Made by a program: the position numbers and the translations under genes
In this document: one piece after another, positions 22,335-32,000 of the stretch
Layout of the letters: the number at the start of each line of letters is the position of its first letter
Numbering within the stretch: the first letter of the stretch is position 1
Assembly (NCBI RefSeq): GCF_900116635.1
Contig: NZ_FPBJ01000002.1
Coordinates: forward strand, 1 to 32,000
From: Xenorhabdus koppenhoeferi
GTDB taxonomy: Bacteria > Pseudomonadota > Gammaproteobacteria > Enterobacterales > Enterobacteriaceae
DNA length: 32,000 nucleotides
Direction of reading: 5' to 3'
Notes under the pieces: model-generated
What the model was told of the DNA's origin: nothing
The model's input: the letters and a program-made list of their open reading frames with translations, nothing else
The model's database searches: none

Positions 22335-22865
22335 GTGCGTTGGCTCCCACTTATTCTGATATGCCTGCTGGTTTACATTGAGTCTGTCCTGTTTGTTCGC
22401 ATTGCCTCCGAAGTCGGGGTTTTGCTGACTCTGTTGCTGGTTATTCTTACGTCTTGTCTTGGTGTGTCTCTTGTGCGTAATCAGGGCATCAAGAATTTTA
22501 TGTCTATGCAGCAAAAAATTGCGGCAGGTGAAAGCCCTGCGGAAGAAGCTGTTAAAAGTGTTTCTTTGGTAATAGCAGGATTCTTGCTGATACTTCCCGG
22601 TTTCTTCACCGACTTTTGCGGATTACTGTTGTTGCTCTCTCCCGTACAGAAGCTTATAACAGCTAATTTATTACCTCATATCAAATTTTACCGCCCGAAT
22701 ACTTTTTATGGCTCAAATCATCGTGGTGATTCAGGCCAAAATGGGCAAACTTTTGAAGGGGAATATGAACGTAGGCGGGATGATACCTCCTATACATTGG
22801 ATGAGCATAAATCAGCTGATCAGAAAAAAAACGGCGAATATGGCAATTCAAACGACAAAAGTTAG
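22335..22865 (+). CDS. fxsA: inner-membrane protein FxsA
   Basis: A GTG start 7 nt after AAAGGAG gives MRWLPLILICLLVYIE...LVRNQGIKNF...LPGFFTDFCGLLLLL, collinear with E. coli FxsA. Confidence 0.88.
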   Translation: MRWLPLILICLLVYIESVLFVRIASEVGVLLTLLLVILTSCLGVSLVRNQGIKNFMSMQQKIAAGESPAEEAVKSVSLVIAGFLLILPGFFTDFCGLLLLLSPVQKLITANLLPHIKFYRPNTFYGSNHRGDSGQNGQTFEGEYERRRDDTSYTLDEHKSADQKKNGEYGNSNDKS

Positions 22866-22927
22866 TTATTTTTGTTTTGGCTAAAATTTCAGTGGATAAG
22901 AAAAAAGTAAAATATTTTTGTCATCCA

Positions 22928-22958
22928 CCCTTGAAGTACTGGTTTTAAGCCCCAATTT
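22928..22958 (+). promoter_or_regulatory. sigma-32 heat-shock promoter of groES-groEL
   Basis: CCCTTGAA, then 14 nt, then CCCCAATTT fits the RpoH consensus CTTGAA-N13-15-CCCCATNT. It lies about 85 nt upstream of groES. Confidence 0.8.
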
Positions 22959-23040
22959 GTAGCTTCATGGTACTGGTTCTGTTGGGTTCTGGTATCAATT
23001 CTCTTACCTGATATGGACTTTATTTATAGGAGATCTTTCA

Positions 23041-23334
23041 ATGAAAATTCGTCCATTACATGACCGCGTTATCGTCAAACGTACAGAAGTTGAATCAAAA
23101 TCCGCTGGCGGGATTGTTCTGACCGGTTCTGCTGCGGGCAAATCTACCCGTGGGGAAATTCTGGCTGTTGGCAATGGTCGCATCCTTGAAAGTGGGGAAG
23201 TGAAAGCGCTGGATGTAAAAGTGGGTGATACCGTCATTTTTAATGAAGGTTACGGCGTTAAAACAGAAAAGATCGACAATGAAGAAGTGTTGATCATGTC
23301 TGAAAGTGACATTCTGGCAATTGTTGAAGCGTAA
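23041..23334 (+). CDS. groES: co-chaperonin GroES
   Basis: 97 aa starting [31 protein letters not shown]. Confidence 0.98.
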   Translation: MKIRPLHDRVIVKRTEVESKSAGGIVLTGSAAGKSTRGEILAVGNGRILESGEVKALDVKVGDTVIFNEGYGVKTEKIDNEEVLIMSESDILAIVEA

Positions 23335-23377
23335 TTGAATATCTTGCGCTTAAATCTTCTTAATTGAATGAATTTAA

Positions 23378-25036
<1,659 letters not shown>

Positions 25037-25089
25037 TGCTGTTCATCCTGCCGATGGAATTACCCATCCGATAGGATAAAAACTCTGAA

Positions 25090-25127
25090 GGCGAGCAGAA
25101 AAAACTGCTCGCCTTTTTATTTTTTTG
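25090..25127 (+). terminator. intrinsic terminator after groEL
   Basis: A 9-bp stem (ggcgagcag / ctgctcgcc) with an A6 loop is followed by tttttattttttt. Confidence 0.9.
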
Positions 25128-25195
25128 TCTTAATTGAATTCAAAAGGGTATATTTATCATCATGGTAAAAGTTCCTATAACCAATGAGGGAAGTT

Positions 25196-25537
25196 ATGAG
25201 AATTAAAATTTGGCTTGGAGCGTCAGTACTGTTGTTGGTAGGTTGTACAACAAATCACCAATTAACCAATGCTGGCGCTAATGTGCGTTTTGTGGATACT
25301 CAGCCAGGCAGTGAATGTCAGCGATTAGGTGAAATTGCGGGTACTCAAAGCAACTGGCTCAATGGGATCAGCAATGAGAGCAGCTCTATGCGCAGTGCCA
25401 CAAATGATTTACGCAATAAAGCCGCTGAAATTGGTGGAAACGTGATTTATGGCGTGAATAGTCCATCTGAAAATTTGCTGGGCAGCTTTGTACCTCTTGA
25501 TAGCAAAATGGTCGGTAAGATCTATAAATGCCCTTAG
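25196..25537 (+). CDS. yjeI: YjeI-like lipoprotein (DUF4156)
   Basis: The ATG at 25196, 4 nt after GAGGGAAG, gives MRIKIWLGASVLLLVGC, a lipobox. The gene lies downstream of groEL as in E. coli. Confidence 0.8.
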   Translation: MRIKIWLGASVLLLVGCTTNHQLTNAGANVRFVDTQPGSECQRLGEIAGTQSNWLNGISNESSSMRSATNDLRNKAAEIGGNVIYGVNSPSENLLGSFVPLDSKMVGKIYKCP

Positions 25538-25599
25538 TCATATTGACTTAAATAACCTGAATTCTGAATAAGAAATTGACGAGAAGCCTGTTCCAGAAG

Positions 25600-25885
25600 C
25601 AATGTTTTAATGTTTTGGTGATTGCCGAAACAGCTCCGGGAAGGAAAATAAGATGAGCACTTCCCACCAATATTTGAATACTTTAGTAATCGCGAACCTT
25701 GCCTCATTGGCATGGAAGCCTGTGGAGGTTCTCAGTACTGGGCTCGTGAGCTTCAAAAACTGGGGCATCACTGCTTTAGGGCAATCGCATCTAAAATCAG
25801 GCTATTGTTCGCCGTGTTGCCCATAATTGTGATGCTGAATTAGCATCAGTAATCTCGAATATGGTGTCGGAGCCAGAACCATACC
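25600..25885 (+). pseudogene. N-terminal fragment of an IS110-family transposase, frameshifted and truncated
   Basis: One frame reads REPCLIGMEACGGSQYWARELQKLGHH, the hallmark EACG..HYWAR.L..LGH segment of IS110/DEDD transposases. Neighbouring frames carry ..KMSTSHQYLNTL.. and ..CDAELASVI.. pieces. Stops occur in all frames and no 3' two-thirds of the gene is present. Confidence 0.6.
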
Positions 25886-25892
25886 CATACTA

Positions 25893-25955
25893 AAAAACTA
25901 TACCTATCATATTTCAAGTTACAGCTTGATTGGTTATACTGTAACTTGAAATTTC
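25893..25955. repeat. core-deleted ERIC-like hairpin element
   Basis: tatacctatcatatttcaagttacagcttgattgg parallels the left arm of the ERIC copy at 18975-19012 (tatacctgtcgcctttcaagttgcagctttgttgg). It has perfect 14-bp inverted arms atttcaagttacag (25911-25924) and ctgtaacttgaaat (25939-25952). Confidence 0.55.
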
Positions 25956-26129
25956 TTCATATATCTCATGGACATCCCTCTACTCATATAAGGTAGATTC
26001 ACATAATAAATTTATTTCTTGCCCCAAAATTTAACAAATTCCATTACAAATCCATTGTCTAATAATGATATAAACAAATATTCCCTTGTTATTCAAAACA
26101 AAATAGATAGATGATTACAAATATTAACA

Positions 26130-26289
26130 ATACAAGTATGCATTTTTGATATTGATTACATGCAAAACATCTTAGCACGATTAAAAAACCTGAATCAGAG
26201 AACGATTAGCTATTCTAAAATCAGAAGAAATACACGACAAAGTTATTGGCACCTTCATTAAATACGAATGCTATATTTACAAGCAATAG
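26130..26289 (+). pseudogene. C-terminal fragment of an IS1-family transposase (InsB-like), frameshifted
   Basis: Two adjacent frames read ..MQNILARLKNLNQRTISYSK and SEEIHDKVIGTFIKYECYIYKQ*. These resemble the E. coli IS1 InsB end ..[35 protein letters not shown] as recalled. Confidence 0.6.
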
Positions 26290-26306
26290 GGGCCAATGCC
26301 CCTATT
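26287..26306 (-). terminator. possible sxy terminator hairpin (no clear U-run)
   Basis: An 8-bp perfect stem (ataggggc / gcccctat) with a 4-nt loop lies 17 nt after the sxy stop. The trailing sequence is only weakly T-rich. Confidence 0.35.
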
Positions 26307-26322
26307 CATCAAATATCACTCA

Positions 26323-26946
26323 TTACGAGCGGTAATCTGAATTTTGGTGGATTAATTCGCTGTGCCAACTGATTAATTCATCACGTAATTGCTCTGGTAA
26401 TACTGCGACATGATATCCTTCTATCGCACCTGCTAAGGCAAGCAGTAAACTGACATTTGTTTTTTTCCTGTGCTGCTGTAATTTTAGGTAAGTTGCTTTT
26501 GCTCCTAACATCCGCAATTCTTCTACTTTAGAAATACCAACTTTCCATAATTGTCTCTCTAATGCTATCCCTAAATTAGGGAGATCTTTTAGTCTGAGCG
26601 GCATTTTCTGTCTATCAATAATTTCTTCTCTAGTATAGAGATAAGCCAGATTCACATATTCAAACAATTGTTTTTGATCTTGCCAAAGTGATTCATTAAC
26701 ACGGTAATAACGCAAAGCAACAGGTATCCCTCTTTTTGAATAAATAAACTTTTCCATCCCTCTGGCTCTAAATAATACCTCAGCGTGACTATTCCCTCGT
26801 AAATAAAGTTCCCCATCGGAACTAATGGCAAATAAAACACCATTAATCAGCAGCCCGATGCCACCAAATTGAGATTTTTTCTTAATTTTTCCCAGTGAAG
26901 ATACACCATGTTGCAATTGAGCAAAACGAGCTCCAGATAAAAGCAT
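26323..26946 (-). CDS. sxy: competence regulator Sxy / TfoX
   Basis: The ATG at 26946 sits 8 nt after GGAG. The protein has a TfoX N-domain (FGGIGLLINGVLFAISSDGELYLR) and C-domain (RLKDLPNLG...LGAKATYLKL), and lies next to sulA/ompA as in E. coli. Confidence 0.88.
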   Translation of the reverse strand: MLLSGARFAQLQHGVSSLGKIKKKSQFGGIGLLINGVLFAISSDGELYLRGNSHAEVLFRARGMEKFIYSKRGIPVALRYYRVNESLWQDQKQLFEYVNLAYLYTREEIIDRQKMPLRLKDLPNLGIALERQLWKVGISKVEELRMLGAKATYLKLQQHRKKTNVSLLLALAGAIEGYHVAVLPEQLRDELISWHSELIHQNSDYRS

Positions 26947-27149
26947 TTTTATCACTCCATGAATCACATTCCAATGTAATGTTTAATCATGCCTTCTATT
27001 AATAAAATAGATAACAAGAACAATTAATTAAAACCATACGCAAACTATTTCCAACTGCCAATCGTTAAGTCGGAAAAATCTTAATTTCTGTGAATTTTTG
27101 CGAAGCGCTTTGAAAAAAATAGGCTTGCTTTTAATCAAATAGAGTTATG

Positions 27150-27165
27150 CTGTATAAATACACAG
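27150..27165. promoter_or_regulatory. LexA (SOS) box CTGTATAAATACACAG
   Basis: This is a perfect CTG-N10-CAG palindrome with a TA-rich core. It lies 22 nt upstream of the sulA-relic ATG and just before the GGTGAGG Shine-Dalgarno. Confidence 0.85.
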
Positions 27166-27186
27166 TTAATCATGGTGAGGAATATT

Positions 27187-27704
27187 ATGAGCACTCGATC
27201 TAGAGAGGGAATATTTCACTAAACAGAAAACAGCAGTGGCTACCACAACAGTAAAAAAGCATAAAACAGATAAATCACTTGTTGGAATGACTGTGAAAAG
27301 CCTGGTTAGTGAGCTGATATACAATGAACACCAGTCTGCCATTAATCACATCCTTCTCCCTTTAATTACATCGATCCGGAAATGAAGACAGGTGGTTACT
27401 TTGGGTAACATCCGATAAGAGATTAAGCCGTCAATGGTTAATAAGTTCCGGTCTTCCTCTAAATAAGGTCGTCCAGCTAAATCAAATCCATCCCATTGCG
27501 TCAATCTATGCCTGGAAAAAGCATTGGCCAGTGGCAATTTATAGTGTGGTATTGTGCTGGTTGCTTGAATTGTCTGAATATGAAGTTAATAACTTGAAAT
27601 TGGCTGCGCAAAAAGGCACAGCTCTCGGCCTTATTATGAATCAGGCACATAAATTTATATCACAGTTGTGTAAATTAAAAATCCACACAAATTACTATCA
27701 TTGA
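27187..27704 (+). pseudogene. sulA: sulA (SOS cell-division inhibitor) disrupted by multiple frameshifts
   Basis: The ATG at 27187 runs only to TAA at 27220. The next frame (27191-27385) encodes ..KSLVSELIYNEHQSAINHILLPLITSIRK*. The third frame (27378-27704) encodes GNEDRWLLWVTSDKRLSRQWLISSGLPLNKVVQLNQIHP...YSVVLCWLLELSE...ALGLIMNQ...KLKIHTNYYH*. Together these are collinear with SulA (..ISEVVY.E.QP....LLLPLL...SRWQLWLTPQQKLSR.W...SGLPL.KV.Q...GNYSVV.GWL...G.IMRP...LKIHS.LYH). Confidence 0.8.
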
Positions 27705-27900
27705 CAAAAATTAGGATTTATCCCAATATTTTTTATAAAAAATGAGCTACCAATTGATAGTTATTCTTATTTATAGTGAAAATCAATATATTAATATGAA
27801 TTTAACTGTAAGTATTAATCAAAAATATTCAAGTTATGTCAGTCTGTAATTAAAAATTCTGCGCAATGGGTTACAGTGTACTTGTAACTTTTTAAGTTCG

Positions 27901-28060
27901 TTGTAGACTTTACAAAGTTTAGGGAATTGTACTTACCGCCCTTATAATTAAGGACGTATCTACTGAGATAAGTCTAGTTACCTAACAAAACATTTTAACC
28001 AATGGCTAATAATAAAGCTTTCAAGGCCAATTGCCTATTTGGATGATAACGAGGCGTAAA
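27901..28060 (+). promoter_or_regulatory. ompA promoter and long 5' leader
   Basis: TTGTAGACTTTAC (27901) and TATTTGGATGATAACGAGGCGTAAAATG are near-identical to the E. coli ompA upstream region and leader end as recalled. A TATAAT hexamer lies at 27943-27948. Confidence 0.55.
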
Positions 28061-29182
28061 ATGAAGAAGACAGCTATCGCAGTAGCAGTGGCAGTGGCAG
28101 CTTTCGCATCTGCTGCTCAAGCAGCTCCAAAGGATAATACTTGGTATACCGGTGTTAAGCTGGGTTGGTCTCAATACCATGACGTAAACTTCTACGGTCA
28201 TGGTTATGATACCCGTATTGGTAACGGCTCTACCCACAAAAGTCAGTTAGGTGCAGGTGCCTATGTCGGTTATCAGGCAAACCCATATCTGGGCTTTGAA
28301 CTGGGTTATGACTGGTTAGGTCGTATGGCTTATAAAGGCAGTGTTAATAACGGTGCTTTCCGTGCTCAAGGTGTTCAATTGACCACTAAACTAAGCTATC
28401 CAGTGATGGACAATCTGGATGTTTATACTCGCCTTGGTGGTATGGTATGGCGTGCAGATTCTTCTGCGACTTACAGTGCAAATGCAGTCGAAGGAACTGG
28501 TGATAAAGACCAGCGCAGACTGAAAGACCACGATACGGGTATTTCTCCTCTGGCTGCGATTGGTATTGAATACGCACTGACTAAAAATCTGGCAACCCGT
28601 CTGGATTACCAATGGGTTAACAACATCGGTGATGCAACTTCTGTTGGTGCCCGCCCAGATAATGGTCTGCTGAGTGTCGGTGTTTATTACCGTTTCGGTC
28701 AAGATGAAGCTGCCCCAGTCGTTGTACCAGTAGCTCCTGCTCCAGTGATCCCAGCGCCTATTGTTGAAAACAAGAACTTCACTCTGCGTTCTGACGTTAT
28801 GTTCAATTTCAACAAATCAACACTGAAGCAAGAAGGTAAACAAGAACTGGATAACCTCTACAATCAACTGGCTAATATCGACCCAACTCAAGGCAATGTT
28901 CTGGTAATTGGTTACACCGACCGTATCGGCAGCCAGAATTTTAACCTGCCACTGTCTCAAAAACGTGCTCAATCCGTTGTAGACTATTTGGTTGCTAAAG
29001 GTATCCCTGCTGGCAGTATCCAAGCAGAAGGTCGCGGCAAAGAAAGCCCTGTTACTGGTTCTAGCTGTGACAACATTAAAGTCCACGCTAAACTTATCGA
29101 CTGCCTGGCTCCAGATCGCCGTGTAGTTATCAATATTCAGGGCACTAAAGAAGTTGTTACTCAGCCAAAAGTAGCACAGTAA
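28061..29182 (+). CDS. ompA: outer membrane protein A
   Basis: The ATG at 28061 gives [21 protein letters not shown] followed by [10 protein letters not shown]. The protein has a proline-rich hinge ([16 protein letters not shown]) and an OmpA C-domain (NFNKSTL...GYTDRIGS...LSQKRAQSV...CLAPDRRV). Confidence 0.97.
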   Translation: MKKTAIAVAVAVAAFASAAQAAPKDNTWYTGVKLGWSQYHDVNFYGHGYDTRIGNGSTHKSQLGAGAYVGYQANPYLGFELGYDWLGRMAYKGSVNNGAFRAQGVQLTTKLSYPVMDNLDVYTRLGGMVWRADSSATYSANAVEGTGDKDQRRLKDHDTGISPLAAIGIEYALTKNLATRLDYQWVNNIGDATSVGARPDNGLLSVGVYYRFGQDEAAPVVVPVAPAPVIPAPIVENKNFTLRSDVMFNFNKSTLKQEGKQELDNLYNQLANIDPTQGNVLVIGYTDRIGSQNFNLPLSQKRAQSVVDYLVAKGIPAGSIQAEGRGKESPVTGSSCDNIKVHAKLIDCLAPDRRVVINIQGTKEVVTQPKVAQ

Positions 29183-29201
29183 TACTGCTCTAATATCGCT
29201 G

Positions 29202-29235
29202 AAAAACCCCATTTAAAATGGGGTTTTATTTTTCT
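29202..29235. terminator. bidirectional terminator between convergent ompA and matP
   Basis: aaaaccccatt / aatggggtttt stem, with an A-run before it and a T-run after it. Confidence 0.85.
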
Positions 29236-29278
29236 GCTTACTCTCTTTTTTTTTCGCATTACCATCATAGATGGTGCT

Positions 29279-29728
29279 TTATTTCCCTAATATTGCTTCC
29301 AGATCCTGTTTCAAACTCGACATCTGATGGTTATATTTTTCCCTATATTCAGCATCTTCCAGCAATTGCACTATTGTTTCTGATAACGTATTGCCGCGAC
29401 GTCGAGAAAGCGCTGAAAGCCGTTGCCAGACATGGAAATCCAAATCGATGGATTTTTTACGGGAGTATTGATGCTCAGCATTAAAATGACGTTTACGCCG
29501 TGCCCGAATCGTTTGCTTCATTCGGTTGGATAAATCGGGATTCATATGCCGCGAAATCCAAGTCAAGACTTTAACCGGCTCTTGCTCTAGTTTCATCAAT
29601 TCGTTAACCGCATCCTGCGCTGCACTTTTTTCAATGTATTTAGTAATCGGCTCACCTTCACGGTGTTTTTTCACTAAATATGTCCATTTCCAGCCACATT
29701 CCAGATTTTCCAATTGCTGATATTTCAT
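29279..29728 (-). CDS. matP: Ter macrodomain organiser MatP
   Basis: 149 aa. [31 protein letters not shown]...[20 protein letters not shown] is collinear with E. coli MatP (YcbG). Confidence 0.93.
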   Translation of the reverse strand: MKYQQLENLECGWKWTYLVKKHREGEPITKYIEKSAAQDAVNELMKLEQEPVKVLTWISRHMNPDLSNRMKQTIRARRKRHFNAEHQYSRKKSIDLDFHVWQRLSALSRRRGNTLSETIVQLLEDAEYREKYNHQMSSLKQDLEAILGK

Positions 29729-29867
29729 TTCATCTCTCAGTGACAGCGTAACTTAAATTAAGCATAGCAATTATTTCTCTGAATTGCTCATAGCAACACA
29801 AAATCTTGGGGTATTTTTCAGACAATGAATGCATTAGCTCAAATGTCGTGTCTTTCAAGATTCTGGC

Positions 29868-31664
29868 ATGTTTGTTCATTGTCTAATCTTGTATAATAAA
29901 TATTTCCTTTTACTAGATGATGTAGCTATCACTTTGACGAATATAAAACTAGACTGGCAGGCACTACAGCCAAACAATACGCCTTATGAGGCGTTTTTTA
30001 ATTCGGTATCTGAATTACCCTTCATTACAATGAATGAGGTTCAATCCAGACTCCACAGTAGTTTGTCCCTTTTTTGTCAGGCTGATTTGCGTCAACCCTT
30101 TATGCTGCTGAAAGCAGAAGAAAGTGATGCTTATCTGTCTTATTTATCTAATGCAGTTTCTTCTTTATTGCCGAAAAAAAACGGTAATATCGGTGGATAT
30201 TATCAGATAAAACACCGAACCATTACCTGGCACTCTTCAGGAGAAGGCAGTTTTGCACCCACTGAGCGGGTTGCCTATAGAGAATGGATTGAGTCAGAAC
30301 AATTATTTGGCAATATCTACACACATCAAGACACATTTCAATTGCAACCCGGGCTTATCCATCAAGTAAATGGTGGCGTCCTGGTTTTATCATTGCGTAC
30401 TTTGCTTTCTCAGCCATTGATGTGGGTTCGTCTTAAGCAGATGATCATCCAACGTCGTTTTGACTGGCTATCACATGATGAAAACCGTTCCCTCCCCTTT
30501 CCTATTCCTTCAATGGAATTGAATCTGCGTCTGATATTAGTCGGTGATAGGCTGAGTCTAGAAGAATTACAATCCATCGAACCTGAGCTGGCAAACAATG
30601 CATTATACGGTGAGTTTGAGCTGGATATGCCTCTTTATGGAGAAGACGAGCTGACGGTGTGGTGTCGCTATGTCAATGGAATTACCCAACAGCAAAACCT
30701 GCTCCCATTAAGTGCCGATGCTTGGCCTGAGTTACTCAAACAGGCAGCTCGTTATACAGAGGATCAATTCCGTTTACCTCTGGATATCCAATGGTTGCAA
30801 CAGAAATTAGAAGCAGCGGCCAATTATCAGCAGGAAAACCAGCTCACCGCCGACTCTCTGCAACAAGCGGAAGAAAATCGGATCTGGCGCCATAGTTATT
30901 TATCTGAACGCAGTATGGATGAAATGCTGAAAGGTCAGATTTTGATTCGTACAAAAGGTTCAGTGATTGGCCAGATCAATGGCTTATCTGTACTCGAATA
31001 TCCCGGACATCCGGATCCAATAGGTGAACCTTCCCGTATCAGCTGTGTAGCCCACTTAGGAGATGGCGAATTTATTGATGTAGAACGTAAAGTTGAGCTA
31101 GGCGGCAATATTCATGCAAAAGGCATGATGATCATGCAGGCTTACTTAATTTCTGAATTGAAACTGGATCAGCCACAACCATTTTCTGCTTCTATTGTAT
31201 TTGAACAATCTTATGGCGAAGTGGATGGTGACAGTGCTTCGTTGGCTGAATTATGTGCCCTTATCAGTACATTGTCACAACACCCTATCGATCAGCAAAT
31301 TGCTGTTACAGGCGCTGTAGATCAATTTGGCTATGTACAACCAATTGGTGGTGTCAATGAGAAAATTGAAGGGTTCTTCCGCGTGTGTCACTACCGGGAG
31401 CTGACAGGCTATCAGGGTGTCATTATTCCGGCATCTAACGTCCAGCATTTATGCCTGAACCAAGATGTTATTGATGCGGTAAAAAATGGTCAATTTCATA
31501 TCTGGGCTGTAGAACATGTTTCAGAGGCCGCATCATTGTTGACTGGTATTCCTTATTACGATCCGGAAAAAGAACATCTGTTAGCTATTATATATGAACG
31601 CATTACACAGGCTAATAATCAAGAGCGTCCTAGGCTTCCTTGGTTTCTTCGCTGGTTAGGTTAA
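29868..31664 (+). CDS. lonH: Lon-like protease LonH (YcbZ)
   Basis: The C-terminal Lon protease domain (GPSAS-type motif region EVDGDSASLAELCALIS, GGVNEKIEGFF) and the N-terminal part are collinear with E. coli YcbZ. The start is uncertain: E. coli MTITKLAWRDL aligns with (L)TNIKLDWQAL, which favours the TTG at 29934 over the ATG at 29868. Confidence 0.88.
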   Translation: MFVHCLILYNKYFLLLDDVAITLTNIKLDWQALQPNNTPYEAFFNSVSELPFITMNEVQSRLHSSLSLFCQADLRQPFMLLKAEESDAYLSYLSNAVSSLLPKKNGNIGGYYQIKHRTITWHSSGEGSFAPTERVAYREWIESEQLFGNIYTHQDTFQLQPGLIHQVNGGVLVLSLRTLLSQPLMWVRLKQMIIQRRFDWLSHDENRSLPFPIPSMELNLRLILVGDRLSLEELQSIEPELANNALYGEFELDMPLYGEDELTVWCRYVNGITQQQNLLPLSADAWPELLKQAARYTEDQFRLPLDIQWLQQKLEAAANYQQENQLTADSLQQAEENRIWRHSYLSERSMDEMLKGQILIRTKGSVIGQINGLSVLEYPGHPDPIGEPSRISCVAHLGDGEFIDVERKVELGGNIHAKGMMIMQAYLISELKLDQPQPFSASIVFEQSYGEVDGDSASLAELCALISTLSQHPIDQQIAVTGAVDQFGYVQPIGGVNEKIEGFFRVCHYRELTGYQGVIIPASNVQHLCLNQDVIDAVKNGQFHIWAVEHVSEAASLLTGIPYYDPEKEHLLAIIYERITQANNQERPRLPWFLRWLG

Positions 31665-31675
31665 TTCTAGTTATC

Positions 31676-31692
31676 ATCTGATCGGAGTTGTT
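31676..31692 (+). promoter_or_regulatory. FadR-like operator in the fabA promoter
   Basis: ATCTGATCGGAGTTGTT resembles the E. coli fabA FadR site (..CTGATCGGACTTGTT..) as recalled and is in the same position relative to the FabR palindrome. Confidence 0.6.
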
Positions 31693-31693
31693 C

Positions 31694-31711
31694 AGCGTAC
31701 ATGCGTACGCT
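31694..31711 (+). promoter_or_regulatory. FabR-like palindromic operator
   Basis: AGCGTAC-ATGC-GTACGCT has perfect 7-bp arms. The corresponding E. coli fabA element is AGCGTACACGTGTTAGCT as recalled. It lies about 40 nt upstream of the fabA ATG. Confidence 0.65.
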
Positions 31712-31750
31712 ATTCTCTAGCCTTATACGATTATAAGGCAATCTGAGAAT

Positions 31751-32000
31751 ATGTTTAAAAAACAAGAATCCTACACGAAAGAAGAACTTCAAGCCTCTGG
31801 ACAAGGTAAATTGTTTGGTGAGAGCGGCCCACCACTGCCTTGCGGCAATATGCTTATGATGGATCGCATTATAAAGATGACTGAAGCTGGAGGTCTCTAC
31901 GATAAGGGATATGTCGAGGCGGAATTCGACATCAACCCTGAATTGTGGTTTTTTGACTGCCATTTTGTCAACGATCCTGTCATGCCGGGCTGTCTTGGTC
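31751..32000 (+). CDS. fabA: 3-hydroxydecanoyl-ACP dehydratase/isomerase FabA (5' part, runs off the window)
   Basis: The ATG at 31751 gives [23 protein letters not shown]...[13 protein letters not shown]...[31 protein letters not shown], matching E. coli FabA including the active-site His region. It is absent from the ORF track because no stop falls within the window. Confidence 0.93.
   Translation, partial: MFKKQESYTKEELQASGQGKLFGESGPPLPCGNMLMMDRIIKMTEAGGLYDKGYVEAEFDINPELWFFDCHFVNDPVMPGCLG

Noticed and set aside
27088-27106. TGTGAATTTTTGCGAA upstream of sxy, considered as a CRP-S autoregulatory site.
   Set aside because: The second half is in direct rather than inverted orientation and does not align with TCGCA/TCACA at 6-bp spacing.
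27739-27846. A 35-codon ORF (MSYQLIVILIYSEN...) in the AT-rich sulA-ompA spacer.
   Set aside because: It has no RBS and an AT-rich composition, and it lies in the region expected to hold ompA upstream promoter DNA.
29218-29484. An 88-aa plus-strand ORF overlapping matP, and the 98-aa minus-strand ORF at 31667-31963 overlapping fabA.
   Set aside because: Both are antisense to confidently identified conserved genes, and the fabA shadow also spans its promoter. Neither is recognisable.

Overview
This window is mostly conserved core chromosome of an AT-rich member of the Enterobacterales. ERIC-type repeats and the protein sequences suggest a Morganellaceae-like organism such as Photorhabdus or Xenorhabdus, but that is inference only. 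I find no convincing novel multi-gene system, and every ORF of 60 aa or more is either a recognisable housekeeping gene or a shadow frame of one.

Gene content falls into three blocks:
- Left block (1-15.8 kb), in the order I recall for E. coli K-12: ycaR-kdsB, elyC, cmoM(smtA)-mukF-mukE-mukB with overlapping stop/start codons, ldtD, mepK(ycbK), gloC(ycbL), aspC and an OmpF/OmpC-family porin.
- Middle block (16.3-25.5 kb), which lies in a distant region of E. coli: yjdC-dsbD, dcuA, aspA, fxsA, groES-groEL, yjeI. cutA and yjeH are absent.
- Right block (26.3-32 kb): sxy(tfoX), a decayed sulA, ompA, matP, lonH(ycbZ) and the 5' part of fabA. It is inverted relative to its E. coli orientation with respect to ompF.

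Both junctions of the middle block carry mobile-element debris. The left junction has an IS3-family fragment. The right junction has an IS110-family fragment, a mini-ERIC and an IS1-family fragment.

The most noteworthy local observations:
- sulA is broken by several frameshifts, yet it keeps a perfect LexA box and an RBS.
- The conserved C-terminus of the yjdC-like TetR gene lies out of frame, at a perfect 11-bp tandem duplication.
- A matS-like 13-mer sits directly upstream of the matP RBS.

Comparisons to E. coli proteins and gene order are from memory, not from a database search.
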